From Eledone cirrhosa (lineage: Eukaryota), in the NCBI GenBank assembly GCA_964016885.1, contig OZ024741.1, positions 110,112,001 through 110,176,000 on the forward strand: a DNA stretch of 64,000 bases, read 5' to 3'. Numbering within the stretch: position 1 is the stretch's first letter; the number at the start of each line of letters is the position of its first letter. The notes under the pieces were generated by a model that saw only the letters and a program-made list of their open reading frames with translations, searched no databases and had not been told where the DNA came from. Of this stretch, positions 12,530 through 27,663 are shown in pieces. A program made the position numbers and the translations under genes.

Positions 12530-13432
12530 GATTCAGAGACACATGGAGTAGAGAGAGGGAGAGAGAGAGAGAGGGAGAGATTCATAGAAGAGGAAGAGAA
12601 AGAGGAAGAATAAAAGAGAGAGAGATTCATTGAGGAGAGAGAGAAAGAGGAAGAGATTCATAGAGAGGAGAGAGGGTAGAGAAAGAGTGAGAGGGTGAAT
12701 AAGGGAAAGAGTCGGTGAGAAAGAGAGATGGAAAGAAAGAGAGTGGGACAGAGAAAGAGGAGGAAGAAAGAAAATGGTGACGGGAAGAGAGAGAGGGAAA
12801 AGAGAGTGTCCAGGAAGAGAGAGAGGGGGGTGTAGAATGAGAAGTGTAAAAATATACATAGTGAAAGAATAAGAGATTGAAAGTAAGTTGGAGATTGAAA
12901 GAGTGAGAAGAGAGCGGGAGAGAGAGAGAGCGGGAGAGAGAGAGGGGGAGGGGGAGAGAAAGACGGATATAGTGAGAGAGTGAGAGAGAGGTGGAGGATG
13001 GAGTATATAGTGAGTGTGTGCGTGAGAGAGAGAGAAACGAGGAAGATAGCGAGAGTAAGAGATAGACAGAAACAGAGATGAGAAGGGAAATAGTGAGGAG
13101 GAGGAGGAGGAGGAGGAGGAGGAGGAGGAGGAGGAGGAGAAGGAGGAGGAGGAGAAGAAGAAGAAGAAGAAGAAGAAGAAGAAGAAGAAGAAGAAGAAGA
13201 AGAAGAAGAAGAAGAAGAAGAAGAAGAAGAAGAAGAAGAAGAAGACTAAGGGAGTAAGAGAGACAGAGAGAGAAAGGAGGATATACTGTTGAGTGAGAGA
13301 GGGAAGGAAGATAGAGATAAAACTAGATGGAGAAAGAAGAGGAGGGGAGAGAGAATAAGAAAGGGATAGTATTAGATATAGGGAGTGGGAGGGATGAGAT
13401 ATAGAAGAGATACAGAGAAGGATGAGGAGGCT

Positions 13433-13475
<43 letters not shown>

Positions 13476-13612
13476 AAGTGAGGGGATACACAGAGAGAGA
13501 GAGAGAAGGAATACAAGGAGGGAAAGATATACAGAGAAAGAGAGGGGGATGCAAAAAGAGATGAGATTTACAGAGAGAAGAATAGATAAAGAGAGAGACA
13601 TGCAGAAAAAAG

Positions 13613-13665
<53 letters not shown>

Positions 13666-13717
13666 CAGAAAGAGATATACATATATACAGAGAGAGAGAC
13701 GAGAATAAGAGATACAG

Positions 13718-13808
<91 letters not shown>

Positions 13809-13830
13809 CGAGAGAGAGAGAGTTAGAAAG
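12530..13830. repeat. Purine-rich (GA/GAG/GAA) low-complexity tract
   Basis: Degenerate (GA)n with pure (GAG)n, (GAA)n and (TA)n runs. Confidence 0.9.
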
Positions 13831-14094
13831 AGGAAGAAAATGGTGGGGGCAGAGTGCAATGGCGTCCATATATATATGGAAATCAATCTAAGTGGAGACA
13901 ACGGTATAATTTTGTGTCTGGTGGACAGAGGAAATATTTAACTGATTCACCTCAACTGGGTCAATCGGTGCATTTCATACCGCGCCACCAACAACACACC
14001 ATCTGACAATACCCCACCACCCCCAACAACACACCATTCTAACAATATATAACACCCACAATCAACTCGCCATCTATCAATACCACACCTCCAA

Positions 14095-14720
14095 CAAAAC
14101 ACCATCTAACAATACAACACAACACCATCAACATACCATCTTACAATACCTCACAACTACCACCACCAACAACGACAAAACACCATCTAACAATACAACA
14201 CAACACCACCAACACACCATCTTACAACAATACCTCACAACTACCACCACCAACAACGACAAAACACCATCTAACAATACAACACAACACCATCAACATA
14301 CCATCTTACAATACCTCACAACTACCACTACCAACAACGACAAAACACCACCTAACAATACAACACAACACCATCAACATACCATCTTACAATACCTCAC
14401 AACTACCACCACCAACAACGACAAAACACCATCTAACAATACAACACAACACCACCGACACACCATCTTACATTACCTCACAACTACCACCACAAACAAC
14501 GACAAAACACCATCTAACAATACAACACAACACCATCAACATACCATCTTACAATACCTCACAACTACCACCACCAACAACGACAAAACACCATCTAACA
14601 ATACAACACAACACCACCGACACACCATCTTACATTACCTCACAACTACCACCACAAACAACGACAAAACACCATCTAACAATACAACACAACACCACCA
14701 ACACACCATCTTACAATAGC
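14095..14720. repeat. 81-bp C/A-rich minisatellite (~7.5 units)
   Basis: The aacgacaaaacacc anchor recurs at 14171, 14255, 14336, 14417 and onward. Confidence 0.85.
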
Positions 14721-15033
14721 TCACTGCCACTATATCATCTAACAATGACCCGCCACCAGCCACAACACATCTAACAATACCGCAACCCCCATTAACACAC
14801 CATCAAAAATGCCCACCATTATACCTCACCATACCACCAACAACAACACACCATCTAACAATTCCTCACCATACCACCACTAACAACACACCATCTAACA
14901 ATACCCAACCCCCACCAACAACAGACCTTCTAACAATACCTCACCACCGCCACAAACACATGATATAACAATACCCCACAACCATCACCAACAACAACAA
15001 CACACCATCTGACTATACAACAACAACAACAGC

Positions 15034-15069
<36 letters not shown>

Positions 15070-15620
15070 ATACCATCTAAAAATACACCACCACCACCAA
15101 CACACCATCTAAAAATACACCACCACCACCAACAACAACAAAACACACCATCTAAAAATACACCACCACCACCACCAACAACAACAAAACACACCATCTA
15201 AAAATACACCACCACCACCAACAACAACAACAACACACCACCTAAAAATACACCACCACCACCAACAGCAACAACAGACCATCTAAAAATACACCACCAC
15301 CAATAACAACAGCAACAACACACCATCTAAAAATACACCACCACCACCAACACCAACAACAACAACAACAACAACAACATACCATCTAAAAATACACCAC
15401 CACCACCACCAACACCAACAACAACAACAACAACATACCATCTAAAAATACACCACCACCAACAACAACAACACACCATCTAAAAATACACCACCACCAA
15501 CAACAACAACAACAACACACCATCTAAAAATACACCACCACCAACAACAACAACACACCATCTAAAAATACAACACCACCACCACCACCAACAACAACAC
15601 ACCATCTAAAAATACACGAC
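15070..15620. repeat. Variable-length minisatellite ccatctaaaaata(cac)n(caa)n
   Basis: About 14 copies of the ccatctaaaaatacacc anchor. Confidence 0.85.
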
Positions 15621-17748
15621 CATCACCACTACCAACACACCACCTAACAAAACACCACCAACAAGAACAACACCAGCAGCATCAACATCAAGAGCAATAA
15701 CAAAACTTGCGTCAACAATAACAACAGCAACATCAAAAACAATCTATAAAACAATTAAATATGGAGGATAAAAACATCAGCGGAAATAACAACAGCAACA
15801 ATAACAACAATCATCATCAACTGCAAAGCAACAACAAAAATTACAGTAAGAATAATAACAACGACAAAAACAATAATTCTTCCACAAATCACACCCTATC
15901 GTTGTGGTCTCAAACTCAAGGACTCAAAAGTGGAATAAGGCGGGGAGTGATTTCCACTAGTTATAATACTAATATAGCTGATAGGCCGCTCTTAATTTGT
16001 TTTTCATCAAAGTGAATACGCATATGATAGTAAATTGGATATGTGAATTAGTAGAAAATTTAAGGGAACAAATTTTCTGTTTCAAATGTTCCTTTAATCT
16101 ATTTTTAGTTTTGGGAAATTACCTTTTTTCCGTTTTCAATTTTGATAAATTCCGCTTTTTCCTGCTGTATTGTATTTCATGAGTAAATTGCATGATTATG
16201 GAAGGAGTGAGGGACCAATCACCAAATTTTTAAAAAAATGTAGTCACGAAAATCTGGGAGATGTGAGTTTAAGACACTTGTGCTCTAGCCTTACAATACA
16301 TTATATCTAAATAAATTTATCGAAAACCTCTTAAAACAGAACATTAAATTACACTAAACCATAAATTCTGTTGGAGAAAGGATCACAGTTGGTGGATAGC
16401 AATATGGCCACCAAATATCATGGTTAGATGCGATATAAGTGGGCTCCTGTCGGAAGAATAATAACCCCGGACCACACAGTGGCAAGCTACTAGAGGAGAT
16501 GAAACAAAGCATAGCACTGTTAGCTCTCGAGAAAACTCCCACAACCCAGCAATGTAGTTACGACGAGGCGTAACTACCAAAAATAGCCTAATCCTCGCGG
16601 GTTTGAGAAAATTAACTAAATGTTAACTGGCAGGAATAACACCATTAAAAACTGCAATATGGTTAGATGTAATAAAAGCATTCAGACTGCATTGTCCTCA
16701 CCTAGGGTAACAAGGGACACGTTCAGACCTTATGTAGAGGGGTAATTATTCATCCTACGTCATAAAAACTGTCGATGGGTTTGTGATCGGTCATGTGGGA
16801 AGTGGTATGGACGCCCAAAGCTGCATATACAAAGGTCCCAAAGAGAGTCAAGAAGGAAGAAACCTTAAAATGTTTTTAATCTTTATGTTTAAAATGTAAT
16901 CATACTAACATAAACGACTATTACAATAGTCCATCACTATAAATACTAGTTGAGAAAGTACCCCTGGAGACGGGACAAAAAGGTTCACAGAAGCTCATGC
17001 AATAACTCAAGTCATGCATTTCTTATTCATAGTAAATCACAGTCATGTAAACCCGCGAACAATTTTCTAATAATCAATGTGTTAATAAATTCAATTTGAA
17101 ACGTGAAAGTTATAAACCTCATGACCTTAATTGCTATATGGGCCACACAAGTACATTCTTCTATCGGCTTATTATAACAAATAACAATTACAACATGCTA
17201 CACCATGCAACACAAAACAAATCTACGTAGGAAAATATAAGTAAACAACACATGTATACTTTACAGAATTCTCCCACAAACGATTAACGATGGAGACAAT
17301 ATTCATAACACAATGTGTGTTTGTCAGTGCCTGTGTACGTGTATGTGTGTGTTTGTGTATGTGTGTGCATATGTGTATCTATATGTGTCTGTATGAGTAT
17401 GTGTATATGTGGGTATGTATGTGTATGTGTGTGTATGTGTTTGTGTGAATGTCTGTGCATGTGTGTATGTGTCTATGTGAGTACATGTGTGTGCGCATGC
17501 CATGTGTGCATTTGTTTATGTTCCGTAAAACAACGCCCCAGCAAAACGATATTGATAGCATATGTATCACAGTTGGAAAATATCAGTACAGGAGTTGATA
17601 TGATCGAATAAAACCTTCGATGGCAGTGCCCCCAGTATAGCCTCCATGTAATGAATGAAAGCCCCCAAAATATAGGATAATGATTTTTAATTGTGTGTTT
17701 GTGCACGAGCGTCTGTTCTCTTTCTTTACCAACCGCCAATAATATATC

Positions 17749-17802
<54 letters not shown>

Positions 17803-17919
17803 CTTTCTCTCTCCCTCTCTTTCTCTCTCTATATATATATAGCGAGAGGGGGAGAGAGATGAAGAAAGAAAGAGGGGGAGAGATACACACAGGCATGTAT
17901 ATATATATACACACACATT

Positions 17920-17951
<32 letters not shown>

Positions 17952-17961
17952 GTGTGTGGGC

Positions 17962-18016
<55 letters not shown>

Positions 18017-19571
18017 CATATATTATGCAAGACGTAGTGGAATTATAGATTTCACAAGTCCACTGAAACCGCCAGTGTCTATAGAGAGATCCACCATCAG
18101 ATAATACTCAACATAAGTTATAGAAATAGACACTTCATATACTGCTAAACTGCTTACTCCTTCATATTGTTGTTGCTGTTGCTATTGGTGCTGTGGCTTT
18201 TCATGTTATTGTTATTATTGTTATTATCACATATAGTCAATCATCGTGTATCCGTAGCCGATCTCTAGGACTTTTACGAAGCGCTGAGGCGATAATGTTA
18301 ATATTAAAAGTGGTGTGCTCATGTGTGAAGATGCTATTAATGGTTCAAAGCGCCTAGCCTACATCTGGGAGGTACGAGGTTTCAATTCCTCGTAGCGGCT
18401 GACAGCCACTTCTTTTTCTGACTTTAAGGCTCTTGACCCTATTTTATAAGCTATTTCAGGGCATCTCCGTGCATGAGCACACCACTCTTTATATTAACAT
18501 TATATGTAGTGTTATCTTTGCTCTAGTGTTGAAGGTTCGTTTTGCAATCGTTAGTTCTCGTATCCAACTACGTAGACCCATGCCTTGTGAGTGAAATTGG
18601 GTAGATGGGAATTGTTTATAAGCATGTCTTGTGGATGGACTGAACCTGTAATTCAAAGAGCCAGCCGTGTCACACACAATGTCATGATGCTGAATCTCCC
18701 TAAGAATTACGTTAATGTGAAAAGGCTCAGTTATTTACACGTGAATTTCATGAAAAGGTTGTTCGTTGATTGAACAATTGGAGCACTCATCGTCGACACT
18801 CATCGTCGAAACAGACCGAGATCCATCGATCAATTGATCAATCGTGGTTATGTATAGTGTTGATATTGTTGCTCTACTATTCCTATTGTTATTGCTGTTT
18901 ATAATTACTAATTTTGTTCATGATCTTCATGCTGATGTGCTCTTCTTTCGTTTACAGTTAATGTTATTATTGTTGTTGTTACTGTTGTTTTGCAGAGTCA
19001 GATTGAAATAAGAACAACACCGAAGAATAAACAAAAGAAAACCGAGACCAACAAATGTGGATGTTGCCAACGTTGCTAAAGAAACCAGTGGGTTTGAAAG
19101 AAGTGCCCGTATTCCCAAACCAAGAACGAAAAGGCACCCCTGATATTATGGCCATGTTCTGGCTTGACAAAATAATTCTGATCATTAAGTTAGTTCTGTC
19201 ACAGGAAGGCAATATGGGATAAGGACATGAAAGGATTTTAATAGAAAAGACTTGGGGAATCATGTATAACAACGCATGACAATTTGCATTGCTTCCAGAA
19301 CAATGTTGACGAAACCGACGGATGTTTAGCACCTACAGTGTAGGCCAAAGGAACTTGAATATACCCTGGTAGCATAAATGGTAGCATCTCTGAGTAAGCG
19401 TCTGTAGATTGAAGGAGGACAGTTAAAGTGTTTGGGGTTTTTTGTGGGGTTTCTCCACGAGTAACCTTCAGACGTCTCATCCACTATTAGGGAGTTTTCT
19501 AATACGTTTCTTATTTTCTATTATCACACATTTTACACGGAAACCCTATATTGTTTCGTCCTATGTCGTCC

Positions 19572-19785
19572 TTGGCAATATCGGTAGAGCGTCTGACACC
19601 ATGCTTCGCGACATATAGTTACGTCCCTTTACATTCTGAGTTCAAATCCCGCCGAGGTTAGTTTTCAATTTCATCCTTATAGTGTCAATAAAATAAAGTA
19701 CCAGTTACGCACTAGGGTCGATTTAATCGACTTTCCCCCTCTCCGCCACATTGCTGGCCTTGTGCAAAAACTAGAAATAATTATT
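19572..19785 (+). mobile_element. SINE copy
   Basis: A-box, B-box and core match the 4805 family. Confidence 0.8.
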
Positions 19786-20056
19786 ATTAGTAGTAGTAGT
19801 AGCAGTAGCAGCAGCAGCAGAAGCAGCAGCAGTAGTAGTAGTAGTAGTAGTAGTAGAAATTATTCGTTATAATTGATAACCGTCGATTAATTAAGAGGCA
19901 CACAGCTGCCACACTACTTGTATGGGTGATTAATAATTCCCTAGAAATAGATGGACTATATTGATCTTTAATTAAAGTTGTGAATATGAATATAAAGTGG
20001 TACAGTTATCGGAGCGGGGGGGGGGGGGGCAGAGAATTCCGAGTGGAATAAGTTAG

Positions 20057-20091
20057 TGACGTCAGCGAAAGTAAACCGTTTCTATGGCAAC
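20057..20091. promoter_or_regulatory. Candidate CRE (TGACGTCA) plus RFX X-box (GTTTCTATGGCAAC)
   Basis: Exact motifs at 20057-20064 and 20078-20091 in non-repetitive sequence. Confidence 0.3.
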
Positions 20092-20534
20092 TATATATCA
20101 GAAGTGTATCATGTGCAGGGTTTACCCCCCGCTTAATGGCATCAAACTATATTCTGGAATTCTTTTACAGAAATCTGTTGTGTTGGATCTCCGTCATATA
20201 GAACGATGAGTGTCGTTGTTGATGTGACCAACGGAACAACCTGCTCGTAAAATTATAGTGAAAATAGCAGAGCAGGGCAGTCCACAGACATGTGTGTCCA
20301 TATCGCATATATTATATTATATTAAATTATATAAATGCGTGTGTGTGTATGTGTGTGTGGAGAGAGAGAGTGGAGAGAGAGAGAGGGGGGGGGAGAGTGT
20401 GTGTGAGAGAGAGAGAGAGAGAGAAAGAGAGAAGGGTATGAGAGAAGAGAAAGAAAGCAACAGATACATAGATAGACAAATAAACAGACATGGAGATGGA
20501 GACAGACAGGCAGACAGGCAGACAGATAGATAGA

Positions 20535-20672
20535 TATATTTCTTTATTTGCCACAAGGGCGCACAAGAAAAGGGAACAATACAAGGACATATGCCGGGGA
20601 TTTTACATACAGTCGTGTAAATAGATAGATAAATAGATAGACAGATAGACAGACAGACAGACAGACAGATAA

Positions 20673-20711
<39 letters not shown>

Positions 20712-20795
20712 TATTTCTTTATTAGCCACAGGGGCACAAAAGAAAAGGGAACAATACAAGGACATATGCCGGGGATTTTAGATACAATCGTGTAA
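20535..20795 (-). mobile_element. Two extra ~85-bp 3'-end copies of a related LINE in (GATA)n
   Basis: tttctttattagccacaggggcacaaaagaa repeated at ~20538 and ~20714, separated by (GATA)/(GACA)n. Confidence 0.7.
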
Positions 20796-20896
20796 ATAGA
20801 TAGATAAATAGATAGATAAATAGATAGATAAATAGACAGATAGCCAGACAGACAGACAGACAGACAGATAAATAGATAGATAGATAGATAGATAGA

Positions 20897-21921
20897 TATA
20901 TTTCTTTATTAGCCACAGGGGCACAAAAGAAGGGGACAAATACAAAGGGGGAAGTTTACATACAATAAAAACGTGTAAAATGTTATCACAGATGGAATTT
21001 AAAAGTTAGTCGATTTTCCCCAATAGAGGGAGACAGTTTATATGGGTAACACAGACCCCCGAAAAAAATGTGCAACCCTCATCTCCAGGAGTACGAAGAG
21101 CTTGTACTCCTTTCCTCTCCTCCTCCTTTTCCTCAACCTACAGGCTGATATAGAGAGAAGGCCCATTCACTCGGGCCATTCTCGCCACTTTCACCCACCT
21201 TTCATAAAACTTGCTGGGGTACAGCACCTCTCTCTCCATCCTGATTCTTCTTCCAAAGTGGTATTTGAAAAAAAGAATCAGTTGTTGGCCGGAGAGAAAG
21301 GTGTCTGACCTCAGCCCTTTCAACCTTGTCCACCATACAACCTCTTTCGCCATAGCTATCACACAAAGGAAAACCGCCTCTCCTTCGTTTTTGAAGGAGG
21401 GTGGCGGTTTGATCATGACAATGGACTCGGTGGTCAACTGGATTGGTCCCACCCGCGACAATAGTCGTTCTACATAGCCCCACAGGTCAGTGACGCCCGG
21501 GCAGTGTATGAATGCGTGCGCGACGGTTTCTTCGTCTCGCACGCACCTCGGACAGATCTTTTTTGCAGGGTCCCTGCCCGGGCGCCCATGTCTGTAGAGC
21601 TTGTCTCGAACTGGTAGAGCTCCTCGGTAGCACTGCCAGGCCAGGGACTTTTGGAAGTTGTCCATCGGTCCCGGGCGGAAGGTCCTACCGAACAGACTGG
21701 CCAGTTCATCTTCCTCCACGCCTAGAGTTTCACCGAGCGCGTCGTCGCACTTGCTGCGAACCAACCCTCTATAGAATGACGAAGTGGAGTCTCCACTGAT
21801 CGCCGGGTCCGCCTGCCAGAGGGCTGTGAGCGCCTGAGCACATTCGATGTGCCAGTCGCCCATTTTCCTCGGTCTCTGCTTGACCCAGGACTGCAGCTCG
21901 GTCAGTGAGACGAGTCGTGGG

Positions 21922-21923
<2 letters not shown>
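20897..21923 (-). mobile_element. 5'-truncated Tx1/L1-like LINE (ORF2 C-terminus with zf-RVT) inserted in (GATA)n
   Basis: Uninterrupted reading frame to the stop at 21138: WQCYRGALPVRDKL...CPRCVRDEETVAHAFIHCP. 3' UTR with AATAAA running into (TATC)n. (TAGA)n on both flanks. Confidence 0.8.
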
Positions 21924-21955
<32 letters not shown>

Positions 21956-22699
21956 CATACATACATGCATACATACATACATACATACATACATACATAC
22001 ATACATACATACATACATACATACATACATACATAGAAGACAAACAGATATACATATATACCGTATATATTTGTGTGTGTGTATATATATGTGTGTGTAT
22101 GTTTATGTAAGTATGTGTGTGTGTTTGTGTGTATGTATGTATGTAAGTATGTAAGTATGTATGTAAGTATGTATGTGTGTGTATGTTTATGTGTGTGTGT
22201 GTGTGTGTCAAAGGTAAAACAAAATATGCAAAGTTCAAAGGTATGCAGAGAATTATATATGTTAGTATATAATTTTCAGGATTAGCTCTGTATATTGGTC
22301 TGAAGAGAAAGTAGATTTTTTAAGTGTGTGTATATATATTTGTATATATCTATATGCGTGAGAATATGTAATTCTAGATATATGTGTGTGTAAAGGCATG
22401 TATGTTTACATTTATATATGGTTGTATGTATGCGTGTATGTATGCGTGTATGTATGCCTGTATGTATGCCTGCCTGTCTGTCTCCATCTCCATGTATATG
22501 TGCATATGTATGGGTGTAATTATGTATATATATATATGTATGTGTATGTATAGGTATATAAGTGTATGTATATATGCAGCTGTGTATATATACATATATA
22601 TATGTATGAATATGAATGTGATATATATATATATATATATATAATGCTTACGCACGTGCTCAAGTGTAGCTCTTTTTACAAAACGGTTTATTTTCTATT

Positions 22700-23000
22700 T
22701 TAGGCAGACACTACATCATCCACTTTTCTAAAAAATAAATCATACAAAAAACGCCAGCACCAACAGTTTTGCAAGAGATGTCAACATGAATGGACCTGTT
22801 ATTTTTATCTAAAGACATTTTTTTCCAATTCCATCCCGCCCGTCCCCTCAATCTATTTTATTTATTATTCTTTCTTCTGATGAAGGACTAGCGTCCGAAA
22901 CGTTAAGACCCCCTTCCTGCTATATCAAGCGTTAACCTAATATATCCCTTCCATATACTGTACCGATTGTGTTATTATTTCTGCTTACCTTTTACATATA
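22700..23000 (+). mobile_element. PLE 3'-end-like element family G (reverse copies at 54040-54262 and 49850-49920)
   Basis: Shared taacctaatatatcccttccatatactgtaccgattgtgtt. Ends in (TA)n. Confidence 0.7.
22873..22908 (+). ncRNA. Minimal type I hammerhead, family G
   Basis: tctt CTGATGA a ggac tagc gtcc GAA acgt T aaga. Confidence 0.8.
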
Positions 23001-23018
23001 TATATATAGCTTGATGCG

Positions 23019-23088
<70 letters not shown>

Positions 23089-23126
23089 TATATAAGTGTG
23101 TGTGTGTGTATATATATGTACATATA

Positions 23127-23183
<57 letters not shown>

Positions 23184-23751
23184 CAGTGAGCTTATATAAA
23201 TATATATATATCTGTGTATATAAATGTGTGTCTATATACACGTATCTATAAGTGGATAAATGCTGTTAATTTTTTTTTAAATTAATATAATTCTAAAAAA
23301 AAAATTGAAGGTTTATTTTCCTTTAATTATAAGTTTGAATCCCTTAATAAAAAATGTTATTTTGTTTTGGAATAAAATTTTACTGATTTTTAACACTGGG
23401 AAAAATAGTGTTGTGAGAGCGACGTAGAAAAAAAACCCCATTAGATATATTTTAGACACTCACTATGCAAATGGATCGACTTGTAAAGTTCCCCGTCCTA
23501 TCAAAGGAACAATTTGAATTTCGGATACATTCTGCTTCAATTTAATATGTTCTTTATTTATTCCTCCGTAGATTAAGAAGTGCAAAACTATACCTATATA
23601 TCATTGTGTATGTATAGATATTGATTATACAAATTTTCACCCAACATGTGTAAGGAGTTAAAAATGATTTAAAAGTTAATTTTCCATGAACCTAATACTA
23701 ACACTTTGTACTGCACTCTTCGCTTTGTTTTTGTTTTCTATTTTAATTATA

Positions 23752-23786
<35 letters not shown>

Positions 23787-23789
<3 letters not shown>

Positions 23790-24330
23790 GAGATTCTACA
23801 GGACTAGAACTGTTTCATTCGTGAGAAATCATCAGAAATCTGACTGTCCAAGTAAATATGGTGGCATTTATATCTTTTCTGGTGGTAGGAGAGATTCCCC
23901 TTTCTTTAAACCCATCAACCTTGACGGACCTCCAACTTTCTTATAGACACCTGAAATATAAGCATTGTTAGCTTAAGAGAAACTTAAAAATAAGGAGTGG
24001 CACTCCATTTTGAACTTGTTTATAGAATTATTTATGACTTTGTAACTCTAAATATAAATTATAACTTTAAAGAATTAGCTTTTAACGAATTCCCTTTTCT
24101 TTCAACCAATGACCTCCACTCATCCCACTCCCCACCTTCTCCTACCACCAGAAAAGATATAAACACCACCATATTTACTTGGACAGTCAGATTCCTGATG
24201 ATTTCTCACGAATGAAACAGTTCTAGTCCTGTAGAATCTCATCTATATTAAAACTTTTATACTCTGCTATGTATTGATGACCTTACTTACTGCAGTTACC
24301 TCCGATTCAACCCGGAATAACTTACCTATA
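23787..24330. mobile_element. Fold-back family C element with a 245-bp spacer; HHR at 24189-24239 (+)
   Basis: Arms 23790-23892 and 24138-24239 are inverted. agattc CTGATGA...GAA acag..ctgt A gaatct. Confidence 0.8.
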
Positions 24331-24474
24331 TATATATATATATATATATATCAATCTCGATCTCTCCCTTCCTCCCTGTCTCTCTGTATATATATATATA
24401 TAGAGAGAGAGGGGCAGACAGTAAGAAGATAGAAAAAGAGATTGAGTGATACATAGGCATTCAGATAGGTAGGC

Positions 24475-24525
<51 letters not shown>

Positions 24526-26014
24526 GATTGGGGTGAAGAGAGAAAGCTGCTTACAGAATGTAGGGAAGGTTGGGGTGGGGGATTGCATATAGGGAAGGGT
24601 GTGGTGGGGATTGCATGAAGGGAAGGGTCGGTGTGGGGCTGAGGTGTAGGGAAGTGCCGTTTGAAGTGTGTATTTAACCTGCTACCCCACAATATGAACA
24701 TCACTAAAATGGAGCCTGCGGCAAGGGAGGGGGCGTCATATGACATATTTAGGGTGCCATGTGTGTGTATGTGTGCGTTTGTGTGTATGTATGTGTTGGT
24801 GACTGTTTGTGTGTGTTTGTATATGTGGTTGCGTGTGTGTTTGTGTGTTTGTATATATATATGTATGTGTGTTTATGTGTATGTGCCTATATGTATTTGT
24901 GTATGTATGTGCGAGTATGTGATTCAAAAGCAGCCATCACACCCACCTCGATATCACTTTTTCTATTGTCTTCTAAATTCTCCAATGTTTCTATCGTTGT
25001 TTTCTAACCTTAGGTCTGAGCAGAGCAATGACAGAAGACCTTCCAGCCGTGACAATCCCGTTAGTTTCTTGGGCGACATTATATATATGGAACTAAACTA
25101 TCCATCCTGCCTTTCCCTTTTCAAGGCGCAACGTATGATTGGAGGTAGATTTGGCTGCTATTTTTAGCAATTGAATAAACTTGTAGAGGATCCCCCATAG
25201 GCTTTGAGCCTTTGTTATTTTTGTTGTTTAACCCCAGGTCAGTTCAATCCGGATTGAATAGATTTATGAACAAAGACATTCCAGCCTTAGCCATATCTGT
25301 TTTCCTTCAGGCTTAATATATTAAGAAGTACATTATGCAACCTGTCGTTCTTTCTTTAAAACAAAATGGTGTGGTTTGAAGGAGATTTCGTTGTTATTTC
25401 TGCTGTCTTAGCGTTTTGTAATTATGTTGGCTCTGGTGGAAAATTTGGTACAAACAAAGACAGCAATGTCAGGGGGAAGGTAAAGTCGAATAAATCAACC
25501 CGAGTGCGTTACTGGTACTCTATTCTACAAATCCCATATAGAGGAAAAGCAAAACGAACCCATAAAGAGACATAACTATATGCCGCAAAACCTGTTGTCG
25601 GACGCTCTACCGATGTTGCCAATATATTACCGTTCTCTTGTGGAAAATATAGCAATTAATATTGTTATTTCTATGCGGCTATTTAGTTTGCTTAGAAATA
25701 AATCCCTCTAAAAGAGCAGGTCTCCTTCGCAGAAATAGTAAAACATTAGATAATATTAACCACTACAAGAAAAAATGGTTTCCATCATGGTTGGAATAGC
25801 TTTGATTATGGTTTGCTCGGTCAAGGTTGACCTGGAGCAGCATCAAAGATAAATCCTACTGAGGTCAACTTTGTCTTTCATTCTTCCAGAATCTATAAAA
25901 TATAATACCAGTCATAAACTAGGTCAATATAAATCCACTTTACCCTCTCCACTCACAATTCTATTTCCGGCCTTGTGCCTAGAGTAGAAATAATTATTAT
26001 TATCATTATTATTA

Positions 26015-26157
26015 GCATAGAGTTACAACCCTTTACGTTCTGCGTTCAAATGCCGATGAGGTTAACTTTGCCTTTCATCCTTACGGGGTCGATAAAATAA
26101 AGTACCAGTAATGCACTGGGTAATTGCTGGCCTTGTGCCTAAAGTAGAAACAATTAT
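26015..26157 (+). mobile_element. SINE copy (5'-truncated)
   Basis: Core and tail match the 4805 family. Confidence 0.75.
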
Positions 26158-26288
26158 TACTATTGTGTGTATATATGTATGTGTGTATGTGTATGCGCGT
26201 CTGGTGTCTGTTTAGGATCGAAATGGCTGTTAGTTTGAGTCTACACTTGCACACAGACACATGTACGCATATATAAAAATATAAACAT

Positions 26289-26367
<79 letters not shown>

Positions 26368-26957
26368 CAAACTGTTCTCGCATATATATTGTTGCCTTAA
26401 ATGTCCTGCTTAATTAAACAATTAATTAGGCATACACAAGCCAATTTTCTTTATCCAACTATAATTAATTAACGTATGTATGTGCTTCATACATATGTTT
26501 ATTAATACTATATGTGTGTATGTATGTGCGTTCGTCAGTAAACCTGACTTAATCCTATTTAGTAAAGAACTCACTTCTCCACCCGAACCTTTTAACTTTC
26601 TTGATCTTTCGCTCCTTTTAGTCTCACAGTATCAGTTGGTAAGACTTTGTGTTCCGGATCTCTACATTTAGAGTTCAAATTTCACCGAGACCCACCTTTA
26701 CTTTACGATCTGATATATTAAGTACCAATCCAGTTTTGGTGCATATTCCTCAGGATCAAGAAGTAAGGTTCTAGAGAGTGTCTATGTCTGCGAGCGAATG
26801 CATGAGAAATTACACCCTACCAAGTCATACTCGATTGCGTGTGACGACTGCTGTTGTTGCGTAAATTACCATTACGTAAAAGCTGCTGACACTAGAGAAA
26901 TATGTATAGCAGCAGGTTATTTAATGAGGTGAAATATGAAAAACTTCACATTCATTA

Positions 26958-27099
<142 letters not shown>

Positions 27100-27384
27100 G
27101 AGAGAGAGAGAGAGATATAGATATAGATATATATCGACCGGGTGATGGAGATTCAGCAACCCCAAAGCATCCGTTCAATAAATCACTAATATTTATACAA
27201 GAAAATGCTGACCGACGAAATCGTGTCAGCTTCGTTTCCATTTAGATACAATTACGTAACAGCACACAGATGGCATAGAAATTTGTATAACAGCTTTAGC
27301 TTGATAAATATAATACGGTGAAGTAAAATCTTATTGCTTTCTCATTCATTATTATAGATATATCATATATATATATATATGCAA

Positions 27385-27608
27385 AAGTTCTATTTAAATT
27401 GTTGGGATACAACAAGCAAATATTTTTCTAACTGATATAAAGCACTCGACAAGTATTTGGAGTAAATATACGATATTAACAAATGGAAACTATATTTATA
27501 AAACCATATTTATTTCATTATACATATTACCATGTAACATGGTATCCTTGAAATATGTATAATGAAATATATATGGTTTTATAAATATAGTTTCCATTTG
27601 TTAATATC

Positions 27609-27612
<4 letters not shown>
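27385..27612. mobile_element. Fold-back family A element, junction inside HHR stem II
   Basis: acgatattaacaaatggaaactatatttataaaaccata / tatggttttataaatatagtttccatttgttaatatcgt inverted arms. Confidence 0.75.

Positions 27613-27663
<51 letters not shown>

Noticed and set aside
14095-15620. C/A-rich arrays as telomere-like or mucin-coding sequence
   Set aside because: No TTAGGG repeats and frequent stops. They are ordinary minisatellites.
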